A stretch of 64,000 nt of DNA. It comes from the human T2T-CHM13v2.0 reference genome, Homo sapiens. Position 1 is the first letter of the stretch; the number at the start of each line of letters is the position of its first letter. Under the pieces are notes generated by a model. That model searched no databases. It was given only the letters and a program-made list of their open reading frames with translations, and had not been told where the DNA came from. Positions 26,770-44,641 of the stretch are shown here, in pieces. Made by a program: the position numbers and the translations under genes. Where the stretch lies: the NCBI RefSeq assembly GCF_009914755.1, contig NC_060932.1. One strand, written 5' to 3'.

Positions 26770-27578
26770 TATACTAGTCCCCTATAGCTGCTATAACAAA
26801 TGACCATAGACTTAGTGCCTTGAAACGGTACAATACAAATGTATTCTCCTACAGTTCTGGGGCAGAAGTTTGGAATCAGTTTCACTGGGCTAAAGTCAAG
26901 GCATCGGCAATGTTGGCATCTTATGAGGACTTTGGGGAGAATTTTCTTCTGAGAGCTTTGAGGGGAGAATCTCTTTCCTTGACTTTTTCAGCTTCTAGTG
27001 GCTGCCTGTAGTCTTTGGCTTGTGACCTTTTCCTACGTCCTAAAAGCACATCACTCGTCTCTGGTTCCATCCCATCATCTTCTGTTTGACTCTCCCTACT
27101 CCTACTGCACTCTTAAAAGGACCATTGTGGTCAGGCGTGGTGGGCCCACGCCTGTAATCCCAGCACTGTGAGAGGCCAAGGTGAGAGCATCACTTGAGCC
27201 CAGGAGTTTGAGACCAGCCTGGGCAACATGGCGAAATCCTGTGTCCTGAAAAATACAAAAATTAGCCAGGCATGGTGGTGCACCCCTGCAGTTCCAGCTA
27301 CTTGGGAGGCTGACATGGGAGGATCACCTGAGCCTGGGGAAGTAGATGCTGCAGTGAGCCAAGATCACGCAGCTGGACTCCAGCCTGGGCGACAGAGTGA
27401 GACCCTGTCTCCAAAAATGACGGTGACATTGGACCCACCCAGATAATCCAGGATAATGTCCCATCTCAAAATCCTTAATCACATCTACAAAGTCCCTTTT
27501 GCCATATAAGGTAGCGTTTATGGGTTTCAGGGGTGAGGATGTGGACATATTCAAGGGCCCACTATTCAGACTACTACA
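26770..27578 (-). mobile_element. MLT1B/C-like LTR interrupted by an AluJ (27129-27417, +)
   Basis: gctgctataacaaatgacca...ccactattcagactactaca with an Alu in the middle. Confidence 0.8.
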
Positions 27579-28979
27579 ATGAGATGCCATGGCATGCCTT
27601 ATATGAAGAGGAGAGAGATGCCTGTTCTAGGGGGCAAATTTGGGTTGGTTTAGCACATGGAAAGACAAAGCAGATGATAAAGCACCATATCCAGTCAGAG
27701 AGCTGTAATAGGGTCAATGCTGTCCCTGTGGATAATTTAATCCACTAGGACTCTGACCACCTTTTTCTTCCACAAGACATCACACTGGTCCATTACATTG
27801 ATGATGACATTATGCCGATTAGATCTAGTGAGCAAGAAGTAGCAACTATGCTAGAGTCATTGGTAAAACATTTACATAATAATAGAGGGTGAGAAGTGAG
27901 TCCAACAAAAATGTGGAGACTTCTACCCCAGTGAAGTTTCTAGGGGTCCAGGGTTGTGGAGCATGTCAAGATATCTCTTGTAACATGAAGGAAAAGTTGC
28001 ATATGTCCCTTTCTTCAACTCAAAAAGAGTCGAACCCTTTTAGTGAAACTCTGAGGATTTTGGGGGCAACATATTCCTCAATAGAATGTGTGACTCCAGC
28101 CTATTTACTGAGTAACCCCCAAAAGCTGCTAGTTTTGGGTCCAGAGCAAGAGAAGGCTCTGCAACAGATGCAGGCTGTCATGCAAGGTGCTCTGCCACAT
28201 GGGCTGTGTGATCCAGCAGATATAATGGCGCTTGAGGTGTCAGTGGCAGAGCGGGATGCTGTTTGCACCTTTGGCAGGCCCCTCTAGGTGAATCACAGTG
28301 CAGCTGCTTGGGATTTTGGAGCAAAGCCCTGCCATCCTCTGTGGATAACTACTCTCCTTTCGAGAAATTTGCTTGCTATTAGGCTTTCAGTACTAGAGAC
28401 TGAACACCTACCCATGATCACCAAGTTACCATGAGACCTGCACTGCCCATCATGAGCTGAGTATTGTCTGACCGACCCGCCAAGCCATGAAGTTGTGCAT
28501 CCACAGCAATACTCCATCATCAAATGGAAGTGACAGTTATGAGATTAGGCTCAACAGGCCCTGAGGGCACAAGTAAGTTAAATGAGGAAATGGCCCAAGT
28601 GCCCATAGCTCTCACTTTTCCTACATTATTTTCTCTCTCCCAGCCCAAATTTTTGGCATCATGGGGTGCTCCCTAAAATCAGTTGAGGAGGAGAACATTT
28701 GAGTCCGGTTTATAGATGTTTCTTCAGGATATGCAGGCACTATCTGAAAATGGACAGTTGCAGCACTGCAGCCCCTCTCTGGGACAGCCCTGAAGGCCAT
28801 TAGTGAAGGGATATCCTCCCAGAGAGTTGAATTTCCGACAGTAAATCTGGTTGTTCATTTTGCTTGGAAGGAGAAATGGCCAAATGTGTAGTTACATACC
28901 AATTCATGAGCTGTGGCCAATGGTTTGTCTGAATAGTTAGAGCCTTAGAAGGAACTAGTTGAAAAATTAATGACAATGA

Positions 28980-29319
<340 letters not shown>

Positions 29320-29340
29320 AGAACTCTGGCATATAGACAG

Positions 29341-29706
29341 TGATATGGTAAGGCTTTGTGTCCCCACCCAAATCTCATCTTGAATTATAATCCCCATGTG
29401 TCAAGGGAGAGACTAAATGGAGGTAATTGAGTCATGGGGATGGTTTCCCCCATGCTGTTCTCATTATAGTGAGTTCTCATGAGAGCTGCTGGTTTTATAA
29501 GGAGCTCTTTCCCTCTTCACTTGGCACTCCTCCTTCCTGCCACCTTGTGAAGAAGGTGCCTTGCTTCCTCTTCACCTTCTGCCATGATGGTAAATTTCCT
29601 AAAGTCGCCCAGCCATGCTGAACTGTGAATCAATTAAACCTCTTTCCTATGTAAATTACCCAGTCTCCAGCAGTTCTTTACAGCAGTGTGAAAACAAACT
29701 AATACA
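29341..29706 (+). mobile_element. THE1D/MSTA-like LTR inserted in ERV-L pol
   Basis: tgatatggtaaggctttgtgtccccacccaaatctc...aaaacaaactaataca. Confidence 0.88.
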
Positions 29707-31447
29707 ATAGGCTTCTCTGGATAGGCAAAAAAAACCTGAAGACATTCGTGCACCATGTGAATGCTCACCAAAAGATGGGCTCAGCAGAGGAGGATTTTAA
29801 TAACCAAGTGGACAGGATGACTCATTCTGTGAATGCCAGCCAGCCTTTTCCCCCAGCTACTCCTGTTATTACCTAATGGACTCATGCACAAAATGGCCAT
29901 AGTGGCAAGGACGAAGGTTATGTATGGACTTCCACTCACCAAACCGACTTGGCTATAATCACTGCTGAGTGCCCAATCTGCTAGCATCAGACATCAAAAC
30001 TAAGTCCCCAGTATGGCACCACTTTCTGGGGTGATCAGCCAGTTACCTGGAAGCAGGCTGATTATACTGAACCATTTGCATCCTGTAATAGATGGTGTTT
30101 TATTCTTATTGCACTAGACACTTATTCTAGATATGTGTTTGCCTTTTCTGTATACAGTGCTTCTGCCAAAACTGCCATCTGTAGACTTATAGACTGCCTT
30201 AGCTACTGTTATGGTACAAGCATTGTAAGAAGTCTTGCTTCTGATTAAGTAACTCATTTTCACAGCAAATTAAGTATGGAAATGGGCCAATTGCCATGGA
30301 ATTCACTGATCTTACCATGTCCCCATTATCCTGAAACAGGTGTCTTGATAGAACCGTGGAATGGCTTTTTGAAGAGATTCAGATCACTGAGTCTCTAACT
30401 GAGTCAGTGGTAACACTTTGCAGAGCAGAGGCAAGATTCTCCAAGAGGATGTATATGCTCTAATTCAGCATTTAGCATATGGTGTTTTTTCTCCCATAGC
30501 CAGGATTCACAGGTTCAGGAATCAAAGGGTGGAAGTGGGAGTGGCACCACTCACTATTAACCCTACTGATTCACTAACAAAATTTTTGCCTCCTGTCCCT
30601 GTGATCTTAGATTCTGCTGGTTTAAGAAGTTGTAGTTCCAAAGTAAGGAATGCTTCCACCAGGAGACACATTAATTATTCCACTGAGCTGGGAGTTAAGA
30701 CTGCCACCCAGCCACTTTGAGCTCCTCATGCATCTGAATTAACAGGTAAACAAGGGAGTTAGTATACTTTCCGGGATCATTGCTCCTAATTACCAAGGAG
30801 AATTTGGGCTACTACTACAAAATGGAGGTAAGGAAGAGAAAATCTGGAATACAGGAGACCCCTGTAGATCCCTTAGGTGATTCTTTTAGTGTTATTCTGC
30901 CCTTTGATTAAAGTCAATGAAAAAAATAAAATAAAACTACAACAGCCCAATTCAGGTCTTTCAGAAGTGAAAATCTGGTCACCATACCAAGCAAAGAACT
31001 ATGATCAGCTGAGGTGTCTGCTGTGGCCAAAGGAAATAGGGAATGGGGAATGAAAAGAAGTAGTTGTAAATACCAGCTCCAACTCTTGACCAGTCGCAGA
31101 AATTAGGACTGTAAATGTTATGAGTACTTCTTCCTACTTTGTTGTAATATATGTATATACTTCTTTGCTTTCTTCCTTCTCTTATCACCTTATCAGCTAA
31201 CATAAGATGTATTCATAATAATGAACCTTATGTCATAGTATTTAAGTTGCAGGATGTCAAGGAGAAGAATGAACTGAGTGATCCAGGGATGTTGCATTCT
31301 CTTCTGCAGAAAAGGTTGCACATTTTTGGTTGTACATAGTATAATTGCATCATGTTGGGCAGAAATATAACTTTCTTATTGTCTTTATCTGGAGATTAAA
31401 TATGGTTTAAGGAGATGTGTATGGGTGCCACGCTGATGGGGGTGGAC

Positions 31448-31795
31448 TGTGGTGCTTGGTTTTATGTGTCATCTTGGCTAGGCTATAGCACTCAATTATT
31501 CAATCAAACAATAATTTAGTGTTGCTGTAAAGATATTTTGTAGCTATTTTAAACATCTAGAGTCAGCTAACTTTAAGGCAATTTTTGCCAATAATGTGGG
31601 TGGACCTCATCCAATCAGTAGAAGAGGCTTAAGGGTAAAACTGAGGTTTCCCTCAAGAAAAAGAAATGTTGACTGAAAACTGCATTATCAGCTCCTGCCC
31701 AAGAGTTTTCCACTGGTTGGCTGCAGCCTACCCATAGATTTCAGACTTGCCATTCTCCATGATCACATAAGCCAGCTCCCTGAAATAAGCATATG
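31448..31795 (+). mobile_element. MLT2 (C/D-like) 3' LTR of the ERV-L
   Basis: TG start after the PPT; ttttatgtgtcatcttggctaggcta, gtgggtggacctcatccaatcag, gatttcagacttgcc. Confidence 0.82.
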
Positions 31796-32305
31796 TTCTA
31801 AAATTGATGGTGGTGGCTACACAAGTCTGTGAATATACTCAAAATCATTGACTCGAACGCTTTAAGTCAATATGGTATATCCCGAAAAAGCTATTACAAA
31901 AAGACAAAGACATTTTTAAATGTTTGTTAATTTTTTGTGGTAAAATGTAAAGGTTATTTGTATCAGTTTAGTTCACATTAGAAGAGCACCATATAGTTTT
32001 GTAAATAAATAGTACCTATATACTAAGTTATTGTAATGCTTACACATCTAGCAAGTTCCTCAGAATGCTTGACAAAGAAGGATGAGGAAAAAATTAACTT
32101 AGAGGCTCCTTAAAAGTAGGAGTTATCTCCTTTTGTTTTTCACAGCATAAGCTCTCACAAGGAAAAAGATTATTAAATCATATTCCTTTATGGCAGAAAA
32201 CCACAGAGAATTTACCCTGAAGAAATAATTTATGAGAATAAAAACCAGGTATTTTTATAGTAGAATTATTTTTAAGAGTGAAAAACTGGAAGCAATATAA
32301 AACAT

Positions 32306-32626
<321 letters not shown>

Positions 32627-32649
32627 TTAGAGATTGATTATTCAAATTA

Positions 32650-33076
<427 letters not shown>

Positions 33077-33363
33077 TCACCATGTGGTGACAAGGGATAG
33101 TAGAAAGAACAGGCTTTGCTGTCGTGTTTTTGTTTGCATCATGATTCTTCTAATCATGTACTGTGTAACTTTGGCAAATTATCTGAGGCTCAGTTTCCCC
33201 AACTGCCAATGTGTACAATAATTGCTAGGTTTCTGTTAAAGAATCAATAAATTAACGGATATAAAATGCAAAGCACAGAGATTGGTACATAATAAGCCTT
33301 CAATTAATGTTAGCTTCCTTTTTTATGCCTCCACTAATAATAAAAAAAAAAAATACACATTAC

Positions 33364-33671
<308 letters not shown>

Positions 33672-33904
33672 TTACAAAATGACAACTATACTGTTAGTAC
33701 AACTATCTAGAAGATTGTAGTTGATTGCCTGTGTAGTGATCCCCTGTATTCATGCCCTTGGTCTTAAAAAGAAAAAAAGGAAGAAACAACGATTGTAAAA
33801 AGGAAATTCAGCCATGCAGAAAAACCATATTAAATCTAAAGGCCCAAACCTCAATAAAACCTAATAGGGAGAACTGATATAGCAGAAGAGACAATGAACT
33901 GTGC

Positions 33905-35005
<1,101 letters not shown>

Positions 35006-35229
35006 TGTGCTAAGGGTAAATTGACACGGGATTTCCAGTCACATTTACGTTATTTATAGAGATGAGAATAGTGCAAGAGAAAATGATGTCCCTAACGGTC
35101 AGTAAGAGGAATTCCAACTGTAAACCATAAGATTGGTAATAGAAACAAAAGGTAAAAGATATATTGAAGTCATAATCTAGAAAATTAAAGAAATTGTCTT
35201 TGGTCCAAAAGATTATTTCAGCCAAGACT

Positions 35230-35680
35230 TATTCCTTAATCCATGGAATATGTCTCCAACTACGTACTCAACATCTCTACTTCAGTGTCCAGAAGCGTCT
35301 TACATTTAACTTACCTATAACCAAATTATTCTTTCTTTCTCTCAAAATCTGTTTTCATCTTAGTCTCCTCCATCTTAGTAAATGGAGCCATTCCTTCATC
35401 CATTTGGTAAGTCCAGGACCCTAAGTGTCTCCCTTAATGTCTCTGTTTTATTTATTAACATCTTCCATTCCACCACATCCACAGCTAAGCCACCAGAAAG
35501 TCCTAGAAACTCAATCCTGTAAATATAGTGTGAATCTTAGCCTGTTTTACCATTTCTTCCACCACCGATCTAGTTCAAGTTACCAACCTCATGTATGTGG
35601 ACTAGTGAAATAATTTTCACCCTCATCTCTGTGCTTTCACTCTGCTATCCCCTCCTCCAGCCCAGTCCATTGCAATTTTT
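35230..35680 (+). mobile_element. L2 fragment
   Basis: catctctacttcagtgtcc...catcttagtaaatggagccattcc. Confidence 0.55.
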
Positions 35681-36065
35681 AGTAATAATGGAACGATTAA
35701 TACATTTTAAATTATGAAATACAGCATACACAGAGAAATTGCACAAAACACCAGTGTACATTTTAACAGATTATTATTAAACAGCTAAGCATCATCTAAA
35801 TAAAGCAAGCATTCTCAGCACCCCAGAATCCCTGCTGGGGCTTCTTTTTATTCTTCTTCTATGATAACCACTACCCTGACTTTTATATGATAATTATTTC
35901 CTTGTTTTTCTTTATATCTTTGTCACCTGAGTGTACCTGTGTAAGCATTTTAGTTTCTTTTGTGTTTCTGGATGAACTTCAAAACCTTATTTTTTTATAG
36001 TAATTCAAAAGATAAGCTTAATTTTTAAGTCTTTTTTTTTTTAGTATATTATATAAAAGAGTGGG

Positions 36066-37035
<970 letters not shown>

Positions 37036-37267
37036 GTGGGAGAGGGAGGGAGGGTGGCAAGTGATACAAATGAGCATTAAACTTGCAGTTGAAGAGTCTG
37101 TCTTCTTAGATTTTAATAGTCTGTTTCTGGTATCTTGTTTCTATTCAGGTAAATGCTAAGAGCAACAGGATGTTAACATGTGACTTTCAGTCTTGGTTTT
37201 GACTGAGTAAGCAAGACAATAGATAACAAGTGTGCCACACAAATCAAATTACTATACCATCCATCCA

Positions 37268-37414
37268 CAACTTGCAAAGGAAGGGACTATAAAAAATTAG
37301 CCGGGCCTGGTGGCTCACGTCTGTAGTTCCAGCTACTTGGAAGGCTGAGGTTGGAGGATCACTTGAGCCCAGGAGGCCAAGGATGCAGTGAGCTATGATA
37401 GCACCACTGCACTC
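37268..37414 (+). mobile_element. Partial AluJ (right arm)
   Basis: aaaattagccgggcc...gcaccactgcactc, then truncated. Confidence 0.75.
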
Positions 37415-37998
37415 ATGAGAGTGGGGAATAGTGGTCCCCACTTCTCTCTTCAAATAGGCCATTCAGAGGGCCCTACGTGTGAACCCTGGAGTTTGCTGCA
37501 AACGAGTGGACTGATTTCTGACATGCACCTGAGACATTTAGGGTGAGAGGGTTTGATTGTCCACTTGAGGTAGCAGAACAGAAAAATACACACTGGGCTG
37601 CACTGGGATGGGGAGCTGGATGTGGGTAAGGTTGTGCAAATAGTTTTCATGAGGCAGAAGCTGGCCTGAGGGATGAAGAGAGTTAATCTGGAGCTATTTT
37701 GCAATCTGCTCAAAAGCATTGCCTCAGACGGTGGACCAACAGATTACTAGAGACTGTGGGAGACCATGCAAGCAGGCAGTCGAAGAAAATGACAGGGAAT
37801 GGAGTTCAGTATAGTAAGTTGGGTCTCTGAAGAGCCCACAAGGCACCCCCAAAATGAAGTCGATTTCGATCATCCATCCTATATAGAGTTTTAAAACATC
37901 TATTGTTCTCAGAGGGCACCAAAAAGTCATATTTTTCTCTCCTTCACAACTCCTCCCTTCCCTGCATTAATTTTGGGGACATCAGAATCTATGACTAT

Positions 37999-38282
37999 GG
38001 TATTAGTCTAGGTTCTCTAGAGTTAACAGATCCGGTAGGAGATAGATAGATAGATACATACATACATACACACATACATGGACAGATGGATAGATACATG
38101 GTTGGATGAATAGATGCATGGATGAATAAATGGATGGGTAGATGGATAGATACATAGATGGATGAATGGATAGATGGATAGATATGTGGATGGATAGATA
38201 GATATAGATAGATAGATACACAGATACATTCATCCATCCATACATAGATGAGTAGATGAAGAGATACAGGGATGGATGGATG

Positions 38283-38326
<44 letters not shown>

Positions 38327-38404
38327 TAGATAGATAGATACATGGATGGATGGATAGATACATAGATAGATACATAGATACACACATAGATGAATGGATA
38401 GATG

Positions 38405-38449
<45 letters not shown>

Positions 38450-38920
38450 GGATTCATTGTAGGAATTGGCTTACTTGGTTATGGAGACCAGTAAGCTCCT
38501 AGATCTACCATCTGCATGCTGGAGTACAAGGAAAGCTGGTAGTGTAATTCAGTCCAAGTCCAAAGGCCTGAGAATTGGGGAGGGGTGGGGGGATGTGGAG
38601 AGGGTTGGCAATGGTGTTCCCAGTCTGAGACTGAAAGTCTGAGAACCAGGAGTGCCAATGGCTTCGGGCAGAAGATGGATGTCCCAACACAAGCAGAGAG
38701 AGTGAATTTGCCCTTCCTCCATCTTTTTGTTCTATTCCAGCCCTCAACTGATTGCATGATGCCTGCCTGCACTGGTGAGGGTGATCTTTACTGAGTCCAT
38801 GGATTTAAATGCTAATCTCTTCTGCAAAAACTCTCACAGACACATCCAGAAATAATCTTGTATCAGCTATCTGGGGCTCCCTTAGTCCAGTCAAGCTGAC
38901 ATATAAAATTAATCCTCACA
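37999..38920 (-). mobile_element. MLT2B-like LTR
   Basis: gtattagtctaggttctctagag...ccagtcaagctgacatataaaattaatcctcaca. Confidence 0.82.
38041..38448 (+). repeat. Compound GATA/GGAT/CATA microsatellite (about 410 bp)
   Basis: Includes two pure (GATA)11 runs at 38283-38326 and 38405-38448. Confidence 0.95.
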
Positions 38921-39139
38921 CTCACCAGGCTAGGTGAGGAAGAGGAGGAATTCAGGGCAGGAATTAATGACCATGTGTTCCTTCTTCTACTACCAGTTTC
39001 TAAAGCAGGCTCAAGCTGGTGAGGGGGCAGTTTTAACTTTCCAACAAGTTCCATTTCTCTACGATTTTATTATCATGTTCATGTATACTATAAAACAAGA
39101 CTATTCTTAAAAAATTGTACTCCAAAATATAACATTGTT

Positions 39140-39307
39140 TATTTTATTTTTTAGAGACATGGTATCACCATGGAGAGCAGTGGCATAATCATTGCTCACT
39201 GTGCAGCCTTGAACTCTTAGGCTCAAGTGATCCTCCTGCCTCAGTCTCCCAAGTCGCTCAGGTGCACGCCACCATTTTTTTTTCTTTTTCTTTTTTTCTT
39301 TTCTTTC

Positions 39308-39343
<36 letters not shown>

Positions 39344-39463
39344 TTGAAGATATCAGGGCTTACTGTATTTCAAGGCTGGTCTCAAACTCCTGACCTCAAG
39401 TGATCCTTCTGCCTCGTCTTCCTAAAGTGCTGGGATTACAGGTGTGAGTTACTGCACCCGACC
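39140..39463 (-). mobile_element. AluJ with an expanded T/C-rich middle linker
   Basis: Diverged antisense dimer with about 70 bp of (T/C)n at 39275-39345. Confidence 0.82.
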
Positions 39464-39963
39464 TGTTTATCTTTTTAATAAATAAGAAAAGGTCCTCAAA
39501 TATTATTTCTATTATATATTTGAATCCCTACAATTGGGGAAGGGGTATTTAATCTTATCATCCTTTTATTCCTGAGATGGTAGGAGCTGGATCTTTTACA
39601 CAATGGATTTCTCTTTTGCCACAACCTCCACCACCTTGCTTATACTCTAGGCTCTTTCACTTTTTCTAGGTAAGCGTGGTACTGAATAATGTTCCAGTAT
39701 ATGTCACTACTCATTATTTCCAGAGGCTGACTTCTCTAATCCCATGTTTCCCACTGTACCTCCCTAAAACTCAAACTTTACATGCTATATATGCAAAGAT
39801 AACTTTGAGTAGGAATAATTACAGGTACCACAAAGGAGTGGTTGGCTATTGCGGCATACAGACAGGAAAGAATTGGTTCCATCTCCACTTTCCTGCTGTG
39901 CTCTCCATCCCTCAGAGTTCCTGCATCTGGCTCAGTGCTCAGGAAGAAAACATGTACACGTGC

Positions 39964-40290
39964 GCCCTGGCACGGTGGCTCACACCTGTAATCCCAGCAC
40001 TTTGGGAGGCCGAGGCAGGCGGGTCACAAGGTCAGGAGATCAAGACCATCCTGGCTAACACGGTGAAACCTCGTCTCTACTAAAAATACAAAAAATTAGC
40101 TGGGTGTGGGTGGCAGGCACCTGTAGTCCCAGCTACTTGGGAGGCTGAGGCAGGAGAATGGTGTGAACCCAGGAGACAGAGTTTGCATTAAGCTGAGATT
40201 ACACCACTGCACTCCAGCCTGGGCAACAGAGCGAGCCTCCACCTCAAAAAAAAAAAAAAAAAAAAAAAAAAACAAGGAAAAGAAAAGAAA
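39964..40290 (+). mobile_element. AluY/Sc
   Basis: Dimer with a long A tail. Confidence 0.9.
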
Positions 40291-40311
40291 ATAAGTACAT
40301 GTGCAACCTAA

Positions 40312-40690
<379 letters not shown>

Positions 40691-40860
40691 AAAATGGGTT
40701 CTCTTTCTAGCGGCAGAATTTGATCCCTTTCTTCAAAGTGTTTTGCCAAAATATATGCTAAGTTAAAGTACATGTGATCACAATTGTAGAGAGTTGCTAC
40801 AATGGAACTTTTTTCCTCTGGCAAGAGATGCTATCCTTTCAAAAATTCAGAGTTCAATAA

Positions 40861-41167
<307 letters not shown>

Positions 41168-42600
41168 AAAGATAATTTTTTACACTCCTTGCACCTGTAG
41201 GCACTATTCTATCTCTACCTCTGTATGTAAGACCTCAAGATGACTTAGCCTCCTCATTTGGGTGCTGGGGCTTGTAATCAGTCTTTGGTAGAGGTCATGT
41301 AACGCTGAACCCAACACAAGCAGAGCTTGATGTCCATCTGAAAAGTAGAAGAGGAGCTACCTGTCAGTTGGTGGCTGACTTCTTTACTGATTTGTGGCCA
41401 GGCCACACAGGTTATTACATATTTTGAATATAACCCCTTGCTATGGGTCCTATGTCGAGGTGTGCAAATACACACCAAGTCTACTATACTGAAGGCTTCA
41501 TGGAATCACATCTTCAGCAACAGTAGTTCTGTTATTTTGTCCAACACTGAAAACATCAGAGACATCTTATAAAAACTAATCAGCCAGTAAGATGCAGTGT
41601 GTATTCATGAAGTACTGTCATTGATTACCCAGACCTCATTCTAAATGGTGAATGGTATTCATGGCATTGTAAGTACTGGTGGAGCTGCTGTCTGCTTGCC
41701 CAAGCCCGTGTGCTACTGGAAGCAGGCAGAATGCAGCACAGCTCATTGCATTCTGTAAGCAGAGTGCTCAAAATCATACCATAAACTCCCTTGAGAGAGC
41801 TCCAAACCAACCCAAGGACACTGAAGATGAAGGTCTAATGAATACTCCTGATTAGTATCTGTATATAGGGTCATCTCAGTTCCTAACTTGAACTGAATAT
41901 TTGAACATCAGCTGGCAGCTAGAGAGTGCCATTTGGATTTGTATCTCAAGTGTACTTAGTTCATGAAGGGATCTGTTCCATTATCACAGAGTGTTGTATT
42001 GGATTCCCTTTCACTTTTTTTTTTTTTTTCAGAAAAAAACGGAAAGAAAATGGATAAAAGGTGACTAATGTGGGTAATTATCTTTACAATTCTTGCCAAT
42101 GCAGTACTCTCAAATCCTTTTTATCGTCTTTCTTTTGGCCCTCTGAGAAACAAATCTTGGGAAATTTTAACTCATTGAAAATCTATAGACTTCAGCCAAC
42201 ACTTTCTAAAGAGCAAGAGCATCATTATGGCTTTTTTCAAGCACAAAAAGAGGTGCTTAACTTTAATTACACTAAGATTTTATAGATTTGGCTGGCTTAA
42301 TATTGTAAGCCTTGATTAACACTGGAGAGCTTATAATCATCACTATTCAGGCTTCAAGAGTTAGAGGAGACCTGAAGAAAACACCTACCAAGGGGGACCA
42401 TTATTAGAGGAAGGGGGAGCTCTGGAGTGACAGAGACACAGATTAAGATAGGAGCCTAGTGGTTCTTGACAGATTTTGAGAATAGTCAGGTGCTTACTGT
42501 TCATGTGAATTCAAAGCAGATATAAATAATCAGAAAGTAAGAGTTTACTAAAAGAACACCTTTCAGAGGTACACTGCAATAATATAATAAGAACGATATT

Positions 42601-42922
<322 letters not shown>

Positions 42923-43174
42923 TTATCAAGAACACACTACAATGCTTCTCAAAGTGCCCCGCACAAAGGTAGCTTATGATTTCCCCATAAATCTCCTTTA
43001 CAGCCCACCGTCTTCAGTTTGTCCAACTTGAAAGTCTGGATTCTTCCTACTTATTTCCTATTTTACTTTCCTAAGGACATTTGGCTTCTAGATTGCCAGG
43101 GCTATTCAGATATTACTGAATCAGCTTCAAAGACTCTATTCCTACTATGATTATTTATGCTTAAGTAACATGGG

Positions 43175-43533
43175 TGATATGGTTTGCTGTGTCCCTACCC
43201 AAATCTCACATTGTAATAATTGTAATAATCCCCACGTCAAGGGTTGGGGCCAGGTGGAGCTAATTGAATCCTGGGGGGCGGTCTCCCCCATACTGTTCTC
43301 ATGGTAGTGAATAAGTCTCATGAGATCTGTTGGTTTTACAAATAAGAATTCCCCTACACATGCTGTCTTACTTGCCACCATGTAAGACGTGACTTTGCTC
43401 CTCACTTGCCTTCCACCATGATTGTGAGGCCTCCCCAGCTATCTGGAACTCTCAGTCACCTAAACCCCTTTCCTTGATGAATTCACCAGTCTCAAATATG
43501 TCTTTATCAGCAGCGTGAAAAGAGACTAATACA
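43175..43533 (+). mobile_element. THE1B/C-like solo LTR
   Basis: tgatatggtttg...cagcagcgtgaaaagagactaataca; TSD atggg/aaggg. Confidence 0.88.
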
Positions 43534-43735
43534 AAGGGAAACAGATAAATATGTGTTAGTGCCCTGGGAACACACATCTCACCAAAGCTGGACCTGGAAG
43601 GATGCTGATACTGAACTGAAGGTTTAGGAAACTCCTGTTTCCATGTCATCATAGAGCTTCAGAACTCCTGACCTGCAGTAGTCATTTTATACATGTGATT
43701 TTTAGAAAAGAATAATTATCTTAAATGACACTTGT

Positions 43736-44038
43736 GCTGGACATGGTGGCTCACGCCTGTAATCCCAGCACTTTCGGAGCGCCGAGGTGGGTGGATCACG
43801 AGGTCAGGAATTTAAGACCAGCCTGACCAATATGGTGAAACCCCGTCTCTACTAAAAATACAAAAATTAGCTGGGTGTGGTGGCACGTGCCTGTAATCCC
43901 AGCTACTCAGGAGGCTGAGGCAGGAGAATCACTTCAACCTGGGAGGTGGAGGTTGCAGCGAGCCAAGATCGTGCCATTGCACCCCAGCCTGGCCAACAGA
44001 GTGAGACTCTATCTCCAAAAAAAAAAAAAAAAAAAAAA
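43736..44038 (+). mobile_element. AluS
   Basis: Dimer; TSD gacacttg. Confidence 0.92.
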
Positions 44039-44641
44039 GACACTTGCTTACTAGGCTGAGTTAGAAGAGTTATTATAGGCCATGTGAATATGTAATTACC
44101 ATGATTTATTTGTCAAGTACTGAACAGAGGTGAATTTCCTACATTTCTATTGAAATTGAGAAGTTAGTTGGTATGACTATTAAACAAAACCCAGAGAGCA
44201 TTATATACGAAATATTTCCTTATAATTGTAATACTGATTTCAAAACCTATTAGGCTTGAAATTTTATTCAATAGTTCCCAAACATTTTTCCCTTCAGTTA
44301 ATGGATCTCTGCACTTATCTTTATCACTAAAAATATTCTAGGGTATATTTAAAAGGTTTACAAAAGTTCTTGCTGGACATACAAAATTAAGTTCGTTTTT
44401 GTGAAAATCTGCTGAAAAGTCCCTTGAAATTAATTGAAAAGTATAATTTGCCTTATGATTATTAATTAGTCTTCAGGTGACCCTTCATGTTCCCAAAGTA
44501 CTATATAATCAGTAGCTCCTCTGAGCTACTCTTATGTTATTCATTATAATATGCTTTTGATACAATGTGTGATTTACTCATGTTACACCTTTCAATATGT
44601 TTCAGTGGATGAAGGGAATAAGATTAGCCCTTGTAATATCG

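Noticed and set aside
27889-28287. 132-aa and 100-aa (30418-30720) ORFs as a domesticated retroviral gene
   Set aside because: Short open stretches of a pol sequence riddled with stops and frameshifts; catalytic motifs are degenerate or lie outside the ORFs.
37995-38457. YLSI-repeat ORFs
   Set aside because: Translation of the GATA microsatellite.
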